NCBI GenBank assembly: GCA_016748015.1
Contig: JAAOMT010000521.1
Coordinates: 156,907 to 220,906 of the forward strand
Origin: Geosiphon pyriformis uo1
Lineage: Eukaryota > Fungi > Glomeromycota
Direction: 5' to 3'
DNA length: 64,000 nucleotides
A model generated the notes under the pieces. The model did not search any database and had not been told where the DNA came from. It saw only the letters and a list, made by a program, of their open reading frames with translations. The position numbers were made by a program, and so were the translations under genes. Position 1 is the stretch's first letter. Each line of letters opens with the position of its first letter. This document shows positions 25,777-38,612 of this stretch, one piece after another.

Positions 25777-26424
25777 ATGTTCAAAAGACAAAGAGACAAA
25801 CTTCAAAAACGAGACACAGTCGTCGACGAACCTATTTTCGAACCACTAGTAATCATCGTCCCGTTAGTTGGTGTATTCGTCATCTTAATAACAATAATAA
25901 TAATACATCTAATCATTCGTCGAAATCAACGAGCTAGTAACGAAAAAAAACGTTCCAATGTTCCATGGCGAAAAAATTATGTTCATCCGATGGCTTCTGA
26001 ACTCAGTATAAGTACGAAACGAATGAGATCGATACATAAACATAATGCTAGTTATGGGAGTCGAAATTCGCCAACAGATTTTATTAATAATGATTATGAC
26101 GATGACGAACCCCCAAAAAGTGGGATTGAAGAATCGATTGTGGAGGTGTTTAAGGAAAGTGATAGAGTGAAGGAAAAGTTGTTGCAAAATTTGGAAGAAG
26201 CGATTGTAATTTTTACGAAAGAAAATTTGATGGATGAAGAATTTATTTTTGATGAACCGAAAGAGATGGAAAAGGAAAAGGAAAAGGAAAAGGAAAAGGA
26301 AAAGGAAAAGGAAAAGGAAAAGGAAAAGGAAAAGGAAAGGGAAAGTGAAAATCAAAGTGAAAATCAGAAACAAAAAGGAAAGGAAAGAGAAGTTCAAGAA
26401 AATGGAACAAGAGAAAAGAGATGA
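25777..26424 (+). CDS. Hypothetical single-pass membrane protein with (EK)n low-complexity tail
   Basis: 215-aa ORF; hydrophobic PLVIIVPLVGVFVILITIIIIHLII followed by RRNQR; (GAAAAG)n repeat at ~26269-26340. Confidence 0.7.
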   Translation: MFKRQRDKLQKRDTVVDEPIFEPLVIIVPLVGVFVILITIIIIHLIIRRNQRASNEKKRSNVPWRKNYVHPMASELSISTKRMRSIHKHNASYGSRNSPTDFINNDYDDDEPPKSGIEESIVEVFKESDRVKEKLLQNLEEAIVIFTKENLMDEEFIFDEPKEMEKEKEKEKEKEKEKEKEKEKEKERESENQSENQKQKGKEREVQENGTREKR

Positions 26425-26903
26425 CCTTTTAAATTTTATAATATCATCCTAATCAAATTTTCAGAAACGGAAAATTTCCCCCAGTCTTTTTTAATTCTAG
26501 TTTGAAATCTACTTTATTATTATTATTATTATTATTATTATTGGTAAACATTGATTGCATGTGTCTCTGAATAAGGCTAGTTAAAGACTAATTTTTTCGT
26601 AAATAAATTTTTCTATAGATCATTCCCTGAATCATTTAATCGGGATTTTTCGAGCCCTTTTTTCATATATATAAAGAATTGTATCAAGTGTGTGTGTATA
26701 TATGTTTCTCTTATTTGATTGATTTTAAATCGGTAAAGAATCTCAAGATTTTGTCGAAGAAAGAGCGGGAAAAAGGATTTTTTCGAAAAAAATTTCAGGA
26801 ATTATTTGTTTTTTTTAAGATTTACTTTCCACATGTTTACTGATAAGATTTTTGAAGCACAATATTGACTGATAAGATTAGATGGTTCAATTATTTTAGT
26901 GAT

Positions 26904-26973
<70 letters not shown>

Positions 26974-27052
26974 GAGATCGAGATGAAATTGTTTAAAAAT
27001 AGTTTCATCAATTTTATAAAGGTTTTTTTTTTTCAAACCGGTTGATTCAAAA

Positions 27053-27382
27053 NNNNNNNNNNNNNNNNNNNNNNNNNNNNNNNNNNNNNNNNNNNNNNNN
27101 NNNNNNNNNNNNNNNNNNNNNNNNNNNNNNNNNNNNNNNNNNNNNNNNNNNNNNNNNNNNNNNNNNNNNNNNNNNNNNNNNNNNNNNNNNNNNNNNNNNN
27201 NNNNNNNNNNNNNNNNNNNNNNNNNNNNNNNNNNNNNNNNNNNNNNNNNNNNNNNNNNNNNNNNNNNNNNNNNNNNNNNNNNNNNNNNNNNNNNNNNNNN
27301 NNNNNNNNNNNNNNNNNNNNNNNNNNNNNNNNNNNNNNNNNNNNNNNNNNNNNNNNNNNNNNNNNNNNNNNNNNNNNNNNNN

Positions 27383-27473
<91 letters not shown>

Positions 27474-27505
27474 GTAATAATAATAATAATAATAATAGTA
27501 ATAAT
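27053..27505. other. Assembly gap (330 N, 27053-27382) followed by an (AAT)n microsatellite
   Basis: N run followed by ~40 AAT units. Confidence 0.98.
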
Positions 27506-28608
27506 GTTATTTTTGTTATAAAAAGATATTAAATACAGTTTTTAGAAAAAAAAATTTAATTAAATGTATCATATATTTTTATAAAAAAAATTTTTTTTTT
27601 TTAATTATTATTTAAAAAAGTTAAAATATAAAATTAATTTTTTAATAATTTTTGATATATACGTCATAAAAATTTTTTGTATTCAATTTTTTTATCAAAA
27701 TATTTATTAAATGATAATAATATTTCTAATTTTATTTATTTATTTTAAAAAATGAGTCTAAAATGTATTCGGAATAAGTTTTTTTTTTTTTTTTTTTTTT
27801 GCAAATCGATCAACAATAATATTCAAGATTTTTTAATTTTCAATTTATTGGCTAATGAAATTTTAAATTTATAAATGGAGATATATAAATTTTCGTATAA
27901 ATTTAATAATCATCAGGACTTTATTAAATGTAATAAAGATTTTATATTGCAAAGTATAAAATATTTATCCTCCTTAATAATCGTAAGAGCTTTCCAATAT
28001 GATTTGATCTTAAAAGAAAACAAATTAAGGGAAAAAAAAGAAAAAAAAAAAAAAGTTGAAACTAACAAATATAAAAGGTTTTTTTTTGATCTTCAGTTTG
28101 TTGCTTCCTGAAACAGGAAAAATTCTTTCACCTTTTTTCGAAGGTTAAAAGCCCTGATTTACATGTCTCAAATTGAAAATCACATAAATACTCTGAAAAC
28201 TTTCTCGATTTGGCCCCATCGAAATAAGGGATGTAATATCAAATTACGGGGGTAAACTTCCAAACGTTTCAATTTTAATGATAAAATAGTTGTAAATTTA
28301 ATGCTCATCAAAGAAGTTAAACAATCACCTTAGGGGATACAATGAATGTATGAAGTTGTTATTGAACAAGACCAGTTTAAAAAAAAAAATCGTGAGAATA
28401 TCAGAGTCGTTTAGTTATGATGTGAGAATGTGTAAGAATTTGTCATAAGAATCTCGATTTATAAAAAATTTTTTTGAAATATTCACGTGATAAATAATTT
28501 TAAAATTAGATAAAGAATCTAACTACGAAGCTCACCTTATTAAAAATAAAAAATTTTTTTTTTTTACAGAATCTTTCCTCGACGAATTTCTAGGTTGTTT
28601 AGAATTGT

Positions 28609-29238
28609 ATGATGCCTAGGAAAAAATTATCACAATTGATCAGATATTCTTCACTTGTTGGAACATTCATATTGATTATGCATTTGAGTTTTACTCATGC
28701 TAGAAATTTTAGAAATTTCAAAATATTTTCGGATAATGTCAAAGATACATCATCATCATCATCATCATCATCAGGATCATATTTTAATTATAAAAGTGAT
28801 GAATATTTTCAATCTTTCAACATAAAAAATCGAACCAATATAAAACAAGGAATGAGGAAAAGTTCAATTAATCACTCAAAGGAATTGAAAGGATCACTGT
28901 CGATTATTAATAAAAGAAAATTTCATGATAAAAAAATGATAATTAGTATGGGTGAAATAGATGATGGTGGTCAAAAAACATTATTAGCACCTACTTCGGA
29001 AGTTATAAAGGAATTAAGAATAGCAGCTTGGTATGCAAGTTTAGGTTATTGTTTGAAAAAATTTAAGCATAAACTTAACAACGGAATATTTGGTAGGTTA
29101 TTTTAGAAAGCTTTAATTATTTTTGAAATTTCAATTATCTTTAAAAATTTACATTATCATCAATTCGATTTTTCTCTCTAGCGAATGTCGACTTTGTTGA
29201 AGGAATCGAACAATCAACTTTCAATATATACTTTAAAG

Positions 29239-29294
<56 letters not shown>

Positions 29295-30261
29295 GTAGAA
29301 ATTGAACTTTCAAACCATTTTAAACTCAAAATATTAACTTGAAATTCTTATAGGACCTCCTTATAGACTAAAAGAATGGTTGAGCCGTAAAATTACTATG
29401 GTTATACCGTCTGTTTTAGAGCCTGCCATGGTGGATCGATTTTTTTATGAGGAATGGTTAAAATCAAGAGTTAAATTTAAAAATTTGATGACAAATACTT
29501 TAACTAAAATTGTTGAAAAAAAAACAAATTTGAGCATTTTTAATTTTATTGGACATTGTGTCGGCGGTGGTATGTAATAAAAATTTTTAATTGGGGGGTA
29601 GGGGGAGAGTGTTTTATTTTTTAAAAAAAGTACAATTTTTCTAATTTAAATTAAATAATGAAATAACTTTTTAAATTTTTCATTCATTAATCAATTCATT
29701 AATTCATTCATTCATTCATTCATTCATTCTAGTAATTGCAACACTAGCAGCAATCGACTATTCACGAACCCTAGAAGACCTTAACGTTATTATTCAAGTT
29801 TTTACATTTGGACAACCACGGGTCGGGGATTTAGAATTTGCTAAAATTGTCAACAAAAGAAAAAATCTTCGAATATATCGTGTAACGCATAGTGATGATA
29901 TTGTTCCCAGATTACCAAGGAGGCAACAAATTCTTAATCCTGATTTGCAAAAGAAATCTAATTTTGAATTGGTTCATTCTTCTGAAGAATATTGGATTAA
30001 TCCTGACTGTGATTGCTCTGATGAATTAATTTATCGTTGTTCGGGAAAAATCAAAAAGAGACTTTTATTAGAGAGTAAGGTGAGAAATTGATTCAGGGAA
30101 ACTTTATTAATTTGAAATCAAAAAACTGACAATTGAAAATTGTTTTTTTTTTTTTTTGGCAGTCCTGTAGCAATAGTTACGTAACTGAAGACATATCTCA
30201 TCATAATGGACCCTACCTTGGAAATATGATGGGTGATTGCCCTGTTGAAAATTTTCTTTAA
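28609..30261 (+). CDS. Class-3 lipase-like protein L1, nucleophile motif GHCVGG (Ser->Cys)
   Basis: Exons 28609-29092, 29182-29238, 29354-29569, 29733-30079, 30163-30261. N-terminal hydrophobic segment, YASLGYC, YFKGP, GHCVGG, TFGQPRVGD, RVTHSDDIVPRLP, HSSEEYWI, HNGPYLG. Confidence 0.9.
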
Positions 30262-30331
30262 TAAATAAATAATTATATATTATATATATTATATATTGGA
30301 TATTTTTATTTCTACATTGGGGGAAATCTGG

Positions 30332-30398
<67 letters not shown>

Positions 30399-30921
30399 TT
30401 ATTTTATTTTATTTTATTTTATTTTTTTTTTTTTGAAAATATAACATTTAAAAGATCGTTGAAATTTGTAAGTTTATAGGAATCTTTTTAATCTTGAAAA
30501 GAATTTTTTTATTTTGTTTGATAATAAAATAATATTTCAATATCTGTCCCAAAAAATCTAGATATATTTCATTTTTTTTATTACAATTTCCTATCCTGTT
30601 TAACTATCGATTGAAAACGTTAAAATTTTTTCAGATATTTCAATAAATTCTAGTAATTCTGTTATTTAATGAAAGGATATGCTTCTTTGATATCGCTCGA
30701 TCTTGAAGTTATTTTTTTGCCAAAGTACATCTCACTTTATTAGACAATAACTTTTTCATTGTCTTTCAATTATTTCATTTAATTATCAAAATCAAAACTT
30801 TTGAAATGATAACTGAAAAATTATTTTTTTCCTTCAAACACCATAACGTGGGGGTAAAACAATACAATACAATAACATGTCCATTTTACGTGAAACTTTA
30901 TAAAAATATTTTAACGAAGAT

Positions 30922-31053
30922 CGTGTGTGTGTATATGTGCGCATGTATGTGCGTATGTGCGTGTGTGCGTGTGTATGTGTGTGTGTATGTGTGTGTGTAT
31001 GTGTGTGTGTATGTGTGTGTGTATGTGTGTGTATGTGTGGGTGCGTGTATGTG
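30922..31053. repeat. Compound (TG)n / (GTGTGTGTGTAT)n microsatellite
   Basis: Alternating purine-pyrimidine tract of ~130 bp. Confidence 0.95.
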
Positions 31054-32204
31054 ATACTGATTCTGCTTAAACCAATAAAATACATGAAACTTAACTGTAA
31101 ATACCAAAATATCAAAAATTAAACCAATAGAATTTTTGATGACTGAATCGAGATTTTCGGGGGCTAGATTTAAAGAATCTTTTTTTTATTTTATTTTATT
31201 TTATTTTATTTTATATTGTTTCACTAAAGATCTCCTAATCGACCTTTTTGTAGAGAACATTGATTGAAAAATCTTAGTTACATGAAATTTGGAAGCTTTA
31301 AATTCATTAAAATTTTTTCATCAATTGTTTATAAAATATTTTTACAGTATTGAATTTTTATTTAAAATTCTATCACTCAAGTGAGAAATAAAATTTAATA
31401 AATTAATATACAACTATATTTTTTTTTTTTGGCAGTAATTTTATTAATCTTTTTATTGTTACAATTTATATATATTTTCTAATCTCAAGCTTTTTACAAT
31501 TATTATTTTTTAAAAATATACAAATGTAGATCTTATATTCTTGGTTATAAGCATTTATATTTTTTAAATATTATAAAAAAAAATTTTTTTTTTTTTTTAA
31601 AGATATATATATTGATTAACCAAATTAAAAATGTAAAGAGAATTTTAAATCGAGTTTAAATTATTCAATAATTTTATATCATAAAAAAATTAAATAAATT
31701 CGAAAATATTTTTTTAATGAAAAAGAAACATATATAAGTAGATGAAGAAGGAAAGAAAAAATAAAATAAAATATATCAACATTTTCTAATTATCACTTTT
31801 TTTTTTATCTTTGAAACCAAAAGAATTGCTTCTTTAATGAAATTTATTCCCAAATTTTATCATTAAATTGTTATCTTGAACTGTGTTTAGGTATCCTTCC
31901 CTCCCTCCCCCCCCCCCAAAAAAATATATTTGATTGTCCAAAAAAGTGAAAATCTTCCTAAAATAATTAACTATTAGAAATATTTTTTTTGGTGTCTCTC
32001 AAAATACAAACCTTTTTATTTCAAAAGATGATAAAAAATATTACAAAGCTCAAAAGTTTCATTAAAAACATAAGAAATTTTCTGTCAAGATCCATTAATT
32101 TCCAAAAATACACGTGTAATCTTTGATATTCATCAAACAAACAAACACACACACACACACACTCACACCAAACATTTCAACATCTAACAGGAAAAAAATT
32201 TTAA

Positions 32205-33230
32205 ATGTAAAAAATATTAAATAAAAACAAATTTCTTATTAATCTTATTGTCATTTTCTCTTTTAATTTTATCATTCAATTTTTATTCAAACTAATCAGT
32301 CTTTAAAAGTATCATTTTATTTAAAAAGTTTAGAGCAGGCGAATATTCATCATAACCAAAGTCAAGAATTGTATAGATCAATCTTCTCATCATCCATTCT
32401 TGGTCCTAGTCCTTCGACATTACTCAACAATCGTGCAGTGAATAAAGTATGAACTGACAAAATATCAATGGGAAACTCGAAGCACTCAAATGATATCCTA
32501 TCAAATAGAAGGACACCAATCCAGTCGATTGATTCTGGTCGACAAAAATTTGCAAACCAATTTTTTAGCTATTCGTAAGGTGGTATTTAATAGAATTATC
32601 GCTATCTTACTCACTAAAGTCGTTTCTGCAATCATCTTTGTGGGAAATTCAATTGAAGGTGGTACGTTTTACAATGAAAAAGGTTTATAAAAATTAAAAC
32701 GAAAATTAATTAATTTCCCTTTGAATTTACAGCTTATGCAACAATCGTTGCACTGACATGGAAATTAAAAGTAATTTTGATGGATGAACTTTGGTAAATA
32801 TTCTAATATTATATTTTCTTACTTGTACATCTCAGTCACTACATTCGGTGCCCCGAGGGTTAGTAACTTTCTATTTACCTGACTGGTCAACCAACTATTG
32901 AAAGTTCAACGAATCACCTATTTTAACGATCACTTTCCACATTTTTCACCGCGTGAGGTTGGAAATTTCTTTTTGGAACATTTTGTGACAGAGTATTGTA
33001 TCTTGCCAAGATCATGTTAATGTTCAACAGAAAAAAAAATGAGATTAACATTGTTACTGATGGCTAGATGTCAATTAAATCCAACTTCTTTTTATTATTT
33101 TTTTGATTTTCAAAGTAATGCAATGCTGGTCAGTCAATTGATAATGTACCCAGGTGATTTTATACATAAAGGACCATATTTTGGATTAACAATGAATGAT
33201 TGCAAATATATTAAGTCTAGTCAATTTTGA
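32205..33230 (+). pseudogene. Class-3 lipase pseudogene L2 (L3/L7-type), motif GNSIEG
   Basis: ATG immediately followed by TAA; exon 2 region deleted; several stops and frameshifts. Retains TFGAPRV, RITYFNDHFPHF and HKGPYFG. Confidence 0.88.
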
Positions 33231-35468
33231 CTAATTATTGAAATTCAAAATTAATATTCAAAATTTAAAAATAGGCAAATCTTTTAAATATAATTTTATC
33301 ATTTCACATGACTTGCAAATCTGCATATTTTAATTAATAAATTTTTGATATCACCCCTTCTATTGATCTATATATAGACTTTTGAAAACTTTAATTAATT
33401 AAACATTTTAATTAAGAATCATAATAAAGAATACAGTCATGGGATTATTAAACTTATTCGATTCATGATCACCCATAATCAAATCTAAAACAACCTTCTA
33501 ATTTTAGAATAATATATATATACATATTATTTCGAAAAATAGATTATTATAATGATTCTTATACAAATTGAAATTTAATTTTGACATAATAACAGCTTTA
33601 TTAATTTTTGTTAAAAATCGTAATTTTGAGAATAATTGCATCAGCTGATTATATTTATGTGGCCTTTGTTCTTTTATTATTTTCTAGTATTTGTTAGCTT
33701 GTTACTTTGATTTATAACAATATTGAAATTTATATTGAAATTTTTGAAATCATTTATTTTTACAAATTTGTATCGAAAATTCATAAATAATTTATTAAAT
33801 ATTTTACTAATAATTTTTAATTTAGTTTAAATTTGCTTTTTATTTTAATTAAAAAATAACAGAAATAATTATAAATTTTATTAGATTTCTTTTTAATTTA
33901 AAATCATGATTTTAGAATTGACTCATCTTTTATTATAAAATATATGTTTTGATAAATTTTTAGCTTTAAATGAATAAATGATTAACAAAAGATAATTTTT
34001 TTTTAATTAAAATATCTAATTTAAAAACTTTTTTATGTTATTTATTTATAATTCTTGGCAAAAAATACTGTCTTGAAATTCTCAATTTGTAATATTAAAT
34101 TCTAAAATACAAAAAAAACTTTGAATGATTAAACCTAAATGCAAATAACATTTTTTTTAAAAAGACTGGTTCAAATGGCAGATAAATTTGGTTGTTTATG
34201 ATGTTTCAAGTAGAGGAAATATATTTTTGGCTAATTACAGAACCTATCATTGAAAACAATCTTTTTTTTTTTATTTTTTACAGATATATTTGAGATTTAA
34301 ATTCTACTAATAACAGTTGTTCTTAATTATAAAAAAAGATATGACATTAATTTACGTTCAAGAACCATTGTTCAAATTGAAAATCAAGTTTTATAAAATT
34401 TTTAACATTTTAAAAGATCGAGAAATTTATATAAGGTGTAGCCTGCTCCTTATCGAATCGATCTATCTTCTATTAACCTCTAATAAATATTCTCAAGTCT
34501 CTTTATTTCTTTATATTTGATTTGTGTTTTGATTAAAGTTTTAAAGTTATAAATATTTAACTTCAATTAATTATAAAGGATTTTTAAGGGATGTTGTTTG
34601 AAGGTAAAAGTCATGAACTAGGCGAAAAATAAATCTGGCAAATTTAGATGAGTATTTTTTTGACAATAATTTTATTAGTCTTTTTGTTACAAAATATTAA
34701 TTATGTTATTTCAAGCTCCTTACAATTAATATTTATTTAAGATACATAAGTAATCTTATGTCCTTGGTTATAAAAAATAGTTTTTATTCTGAAAATAGAT
34801 GATCATAAATTGGATATCAGGAAATTTTGATTCTTTTGAATTAAACTTATCAAGATAAAAATGTTTTTATCTCTATTTTCCATTTTTTGTTGAAACTTAT
34901 TAAAATGCCTTATTCGCTTTTAATATGTATGGCTCTATTGTAAATTTTTTAAATAAAAATATTGATTTATGTTTAATTAATGTTAACTTTGAATTTGAAA
35001 TAGAACATTTACTCATCATGTCTTTTAAAAAGAAAGGTAAATGTTTCTTTATATTTAAATCGGGAGTATTGCTTTTATCATCTTAAGCTGTGTTTTAAAA
35101 TATTTGACTATTAGAAATATTTTTTTGGTATTTCACAAATGCAAGCTTTCATTTATTGATTTCTTTCCCTAGCTTTTTGGATATTGGTTGAGTCAGTTTT
35201 GGACTATAGATTGATTTTTTCATTGGATAGAGAAACTGATTCTCATGCATCTAATTTTTTCAAGTTAAAAAAAATTAACATTACTTTTTTTCTCAAATTG
35301 TAGCCTTTATTTTCATTAGTTCCGAGACCTTTCGCATTTGTTCGCAAGAAGATCCTTGATGTCTGTCAAACAAACAGACCCCGATCGTACATTCCGTGTG
35401 TTTATATAAATAACTTTTATTTTTTTGGTTTCCGAATACTTCAAGATCTAGCAGGAAAAAAATTTGAA

Positions 35469-37030
35469 ATGTACAAAATTTTCAATACCACAAATTTCTT
35501 AATAATATTATTGATATTTTCCCTTTTAATTTTATTCTATAAAAGTTTTTCAATTTTTATTCAAACTCATCAATCTTTAAAAGTACAATTTTTATCATGG
35601 CCGAGTTTAAAAAGTTTGAAACAGGCGAATATACATTATAATCTAAGTCAAGAATTTTATAAATCAATCTTATCATCAATCCCTGGTCCTGGTCCTATTT
35701 CCTCGATATTACTCAATAATCGTGCATTGAATGGAAAATCAAAACAATTGATTGATCTTAAACAGGATATTAATTTTTTTCGTGAATTAAAGTTGACGGC
35801 GCATTACGCCAATCTTATATATTGCCCAGCGGACGGAATACCACCGGCAAATCCTAATAGCCGTTTGGAAGGTTTTAAATTATTTAGTTAAATTTGAAAA
35901 TTATAAAAGGCTAATTTAATTAGTCTTGTTATTCTATCTTGAAGTTGGTATGGATTTAGAAGAATTCAGCAGAACATTGATTGTATACTTTAAGGGTAAC
36001 AAAATTTATGTAAATCAAAATTTTCATCATCATCAACAACAAATTCTAATGAAATGAGAAATAATATGTTGAATTATTTAATTCACTAATCAAAGGACCT
36101 GAACTGACAAAAAATCAATGGGCAACTCGAAGCACTCAACTAATACCCTATCAAATAGAAGATATCCAATCCAATCAATTGATTCTGGTCGAGAAAGATT
36201 GGCAAACCGAATATTCAGCTGTTCATCCGTTGGTATTTAGTACAATTATCAATGCGCTAATCGTCAGATTAAATGGTCAATCGCCAATTCAGAGAATCTT
36301 CTTTGTGGGACATGCAATTGGTGGTGGTACGTTTTACAATGAAAAAAAATTAAAAAAATTTATAGAAAAAATTATTGATTTTCCAAAAAAAATTTACAGC
36401 TTATGCAACAATTGCTGGACTGACATGGAGAATTGAATCATTTTTGATGGACAGTCTTCATAATTATCCTCAAATTCAATTTTCTGCCTTGAAAATCTCA
36501 GCCATTACATTCGGTGCCCCGAGGGTTGGTAATGTTGTATTTGCCCGACTGGTCAACCAACTATTGAAAGTTCAACGAATAACTTATTTTAACGATCACG
36601 TTCCACATTTCCCCCCGCATGAGGTTGGAAATAACCTTTTGGAACATTTTGAGACAGAATATTGGATCTTGCCAAGTTCATGTGAGTGTTTAACAGAGGA
36701 TAATAATGGAGAATATTCATTCTATGAGTGTAGGGGGTTTGACTATGGCGAAAAAAATTGGAAATACCATGATGAGTTATTTCCTAAAATCACGTTCCCG
36801 AATGGGGAAATGATTATGTCTGGAGAAAATGAGGTTAGTCTTGATTAATCTCGTTACTGATGGCTAGAGGTCAATTAAAGCCAACTTCTTTTTATAATTT
36901 TTTATTTTCAAAGGAATGCAATGCTGCTCAGTCAATCGATAATGTAACGGGTGATTTTATACATAAAGGACCATATTTTGGGGTAACAATGAATGATTGT
37001 AGTCCGAATAATATTCAATTAAATCTTTGA
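35469..37030 (+). CDS. Class-3 lipase-like protein L3, motif GHAIGG (Ser->Ala)
   Basis: Exons 35469-35871, 35945-35995, 36096-36326, 36400-36833, 36914-37030. Signal/anchor, YANLIYC, YFKGP, GHAIGG, TFGAPRVGN, NDHVPHFPP, HKGPYFG. Confidence 0.9.
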
Positions 37031-37559
37031 TGTTTGATTTTTGATTTTTATGGTACTTTTGAAATTCCAACTTATAAAAATACTTGAAAATTACACTAAT
37101 TCGGTAAGAATGATTTAAATTAGAAAAGCAGCATTCAAATATAATAAGTCTAGTTAATTTTAACTAAATATCGAAATTGAAAAACTTGGCAAAGCAATCT
37201 TTGATTAAAAATCAATATTCTAAATATAATAAAAATTTGATTTTAATATTTCACATGACTTGAATAACTTTTGAAAGTTTATTTTAACTAAAGCAAATTT
37301 GCATATTTTTGATATTACCACTCCTATTAATCTATATAGACTTTTGAAAACTTTAATTAATTAAAGACAAACCAAGATTCTTTAAACATTCTGAAAATGT
37401 CGTAATTAAAGATCATATTAAAGAATTCAGTCATTGGATTATTAAACTTATTCGATCCATGATCACCCATAATCAAATCTAAAACAACCTTCTTCTAGCT
37501 TTAGAATTTATGAAAATAATATATTTACGTGTCATTTCGAATATTCCTTTGAAAAATAA

Positions 37560-38612
37560 TTTATTAAAATGATTCTTAAACAAACTGAAATTTCATTTTG
37601 ACATAATAATTTCCTCAAAAAAGCTCCAAACAATTATCTCAAAACTTCTCATATGTTTTTTCCTAATTTTACAAAGTGTACTAACTACCCTGATATCCAC
37701 AATGGCCTTCCAATTGGATATCTTGCATGAATGGCACGACATAGCTTATATGCCAATATGGGTATTGTGTTGTGAATCATGGAATCGAACATCTTATAGC
37801 TGAAGATGTGATTTTAAGAAAAATAGAAAAGATTAATTTATGAATAAGGTTTACTATCAAATTACTCACCGAATTTTAAATTCATCCTGTAGCTAATGGG
37901 TAAGAAACTTGAACTCAGGAGATATAATAATTTATTTCAAAGATGATTTATTAAAAGCTCAACTTCCACAAGACATAATTCCCTAGTTATATTTATTGTC
38001 GACCGATTGTCTTTGAATCCTTCTCTCCAGATTAATCATTTATGGTTTAACCAAGTGTTAAGCATAGAAGATAAATATTTAGTAAAATTTGCTAGCTCTT
38101 ATTTGAATAAAATCGGGCAAAAATATACTTAATTGGATATGGTGTTGGAGGAGGTGAGATGAGTGAATTGATTAATGAGTTAAGGTTTATAATTAATAGT
38201 AAAAAATTTTAAATCAACCTATGCGATCTCGGCACTTTTATGGAAAATCGATAACCACCCGAAATATCTCTGAAATTTTTTAGTTCATCATAAGACAGAG
38301 TTTTAGCTAGGAAAGACATCTTGTTTACAAGATGTGCCAGAGATTTATAGGCTTACTCTGTTTTTTTATAAAGGTTATTATTGGGAAAGAAATGAGCTTT
38401 CAATAAATAATTTACATCCTAGTAGAGCAAGTTTTGGTGAAAACGAGGTATGTTTTGTTCAAAAGGAATCCATTAAAATTTTTTACATATATTTCTATTT
38501 GCATCTGAAATTGATTCTCATTTTTTAGAAATGTAATTCAGGACAAACAATTCTGATGACCATATTTTGGTGTAACGATGAATTATCTCAATATAAAAAA
38601 TTTAAGTGTTTG
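37560..38612 (+). pseudogene. Class-3 lipase pseudogene L4 (paralogue of L6), motif GYGVGG
   Basis: Colinear with the reverse complement of 47644-48930; stops, frameshifts and loss of the TFGQPR-NDFLP segment. Confidence 0.88.

Larger units (their letters stand above)
34106..38612 (+). repeat. Left arm of a ~4.5-5 kb inverted segmental duplication (partner ~47644-52766)
   Basis: Upstream non-coding DNA (34106-34200 vs reverse complement of 52680-52766), L3 vs L7, the intergenic spacer, and L4 vs L6 are all colinear on opposite strands. Confidence 0.9.

Noticed and set aside
25909-26452. Poly-FL and poly-KR ORFs
   Set aside because: Shadow frames of the (GAAAAG)n repeat in gene 25777-26424.
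27042-27521. 159-aa ORF with poly-X and poly-Ile
   Set aside because: Assembly gap plus (AAT)n microsatellite.
25538-30396. Three poly-T tracts of 61-64 nt as retroposon tails or functional elements
   Set aside because: Near-equal lengths suggest an assembler k-mer or read-length limit; no TSDs or shared adjacent element body seen.
30806-31122. ORFs with CV/HT/YVCV repeats
   Set aside because: Translations of the (TG)n microsatellite.
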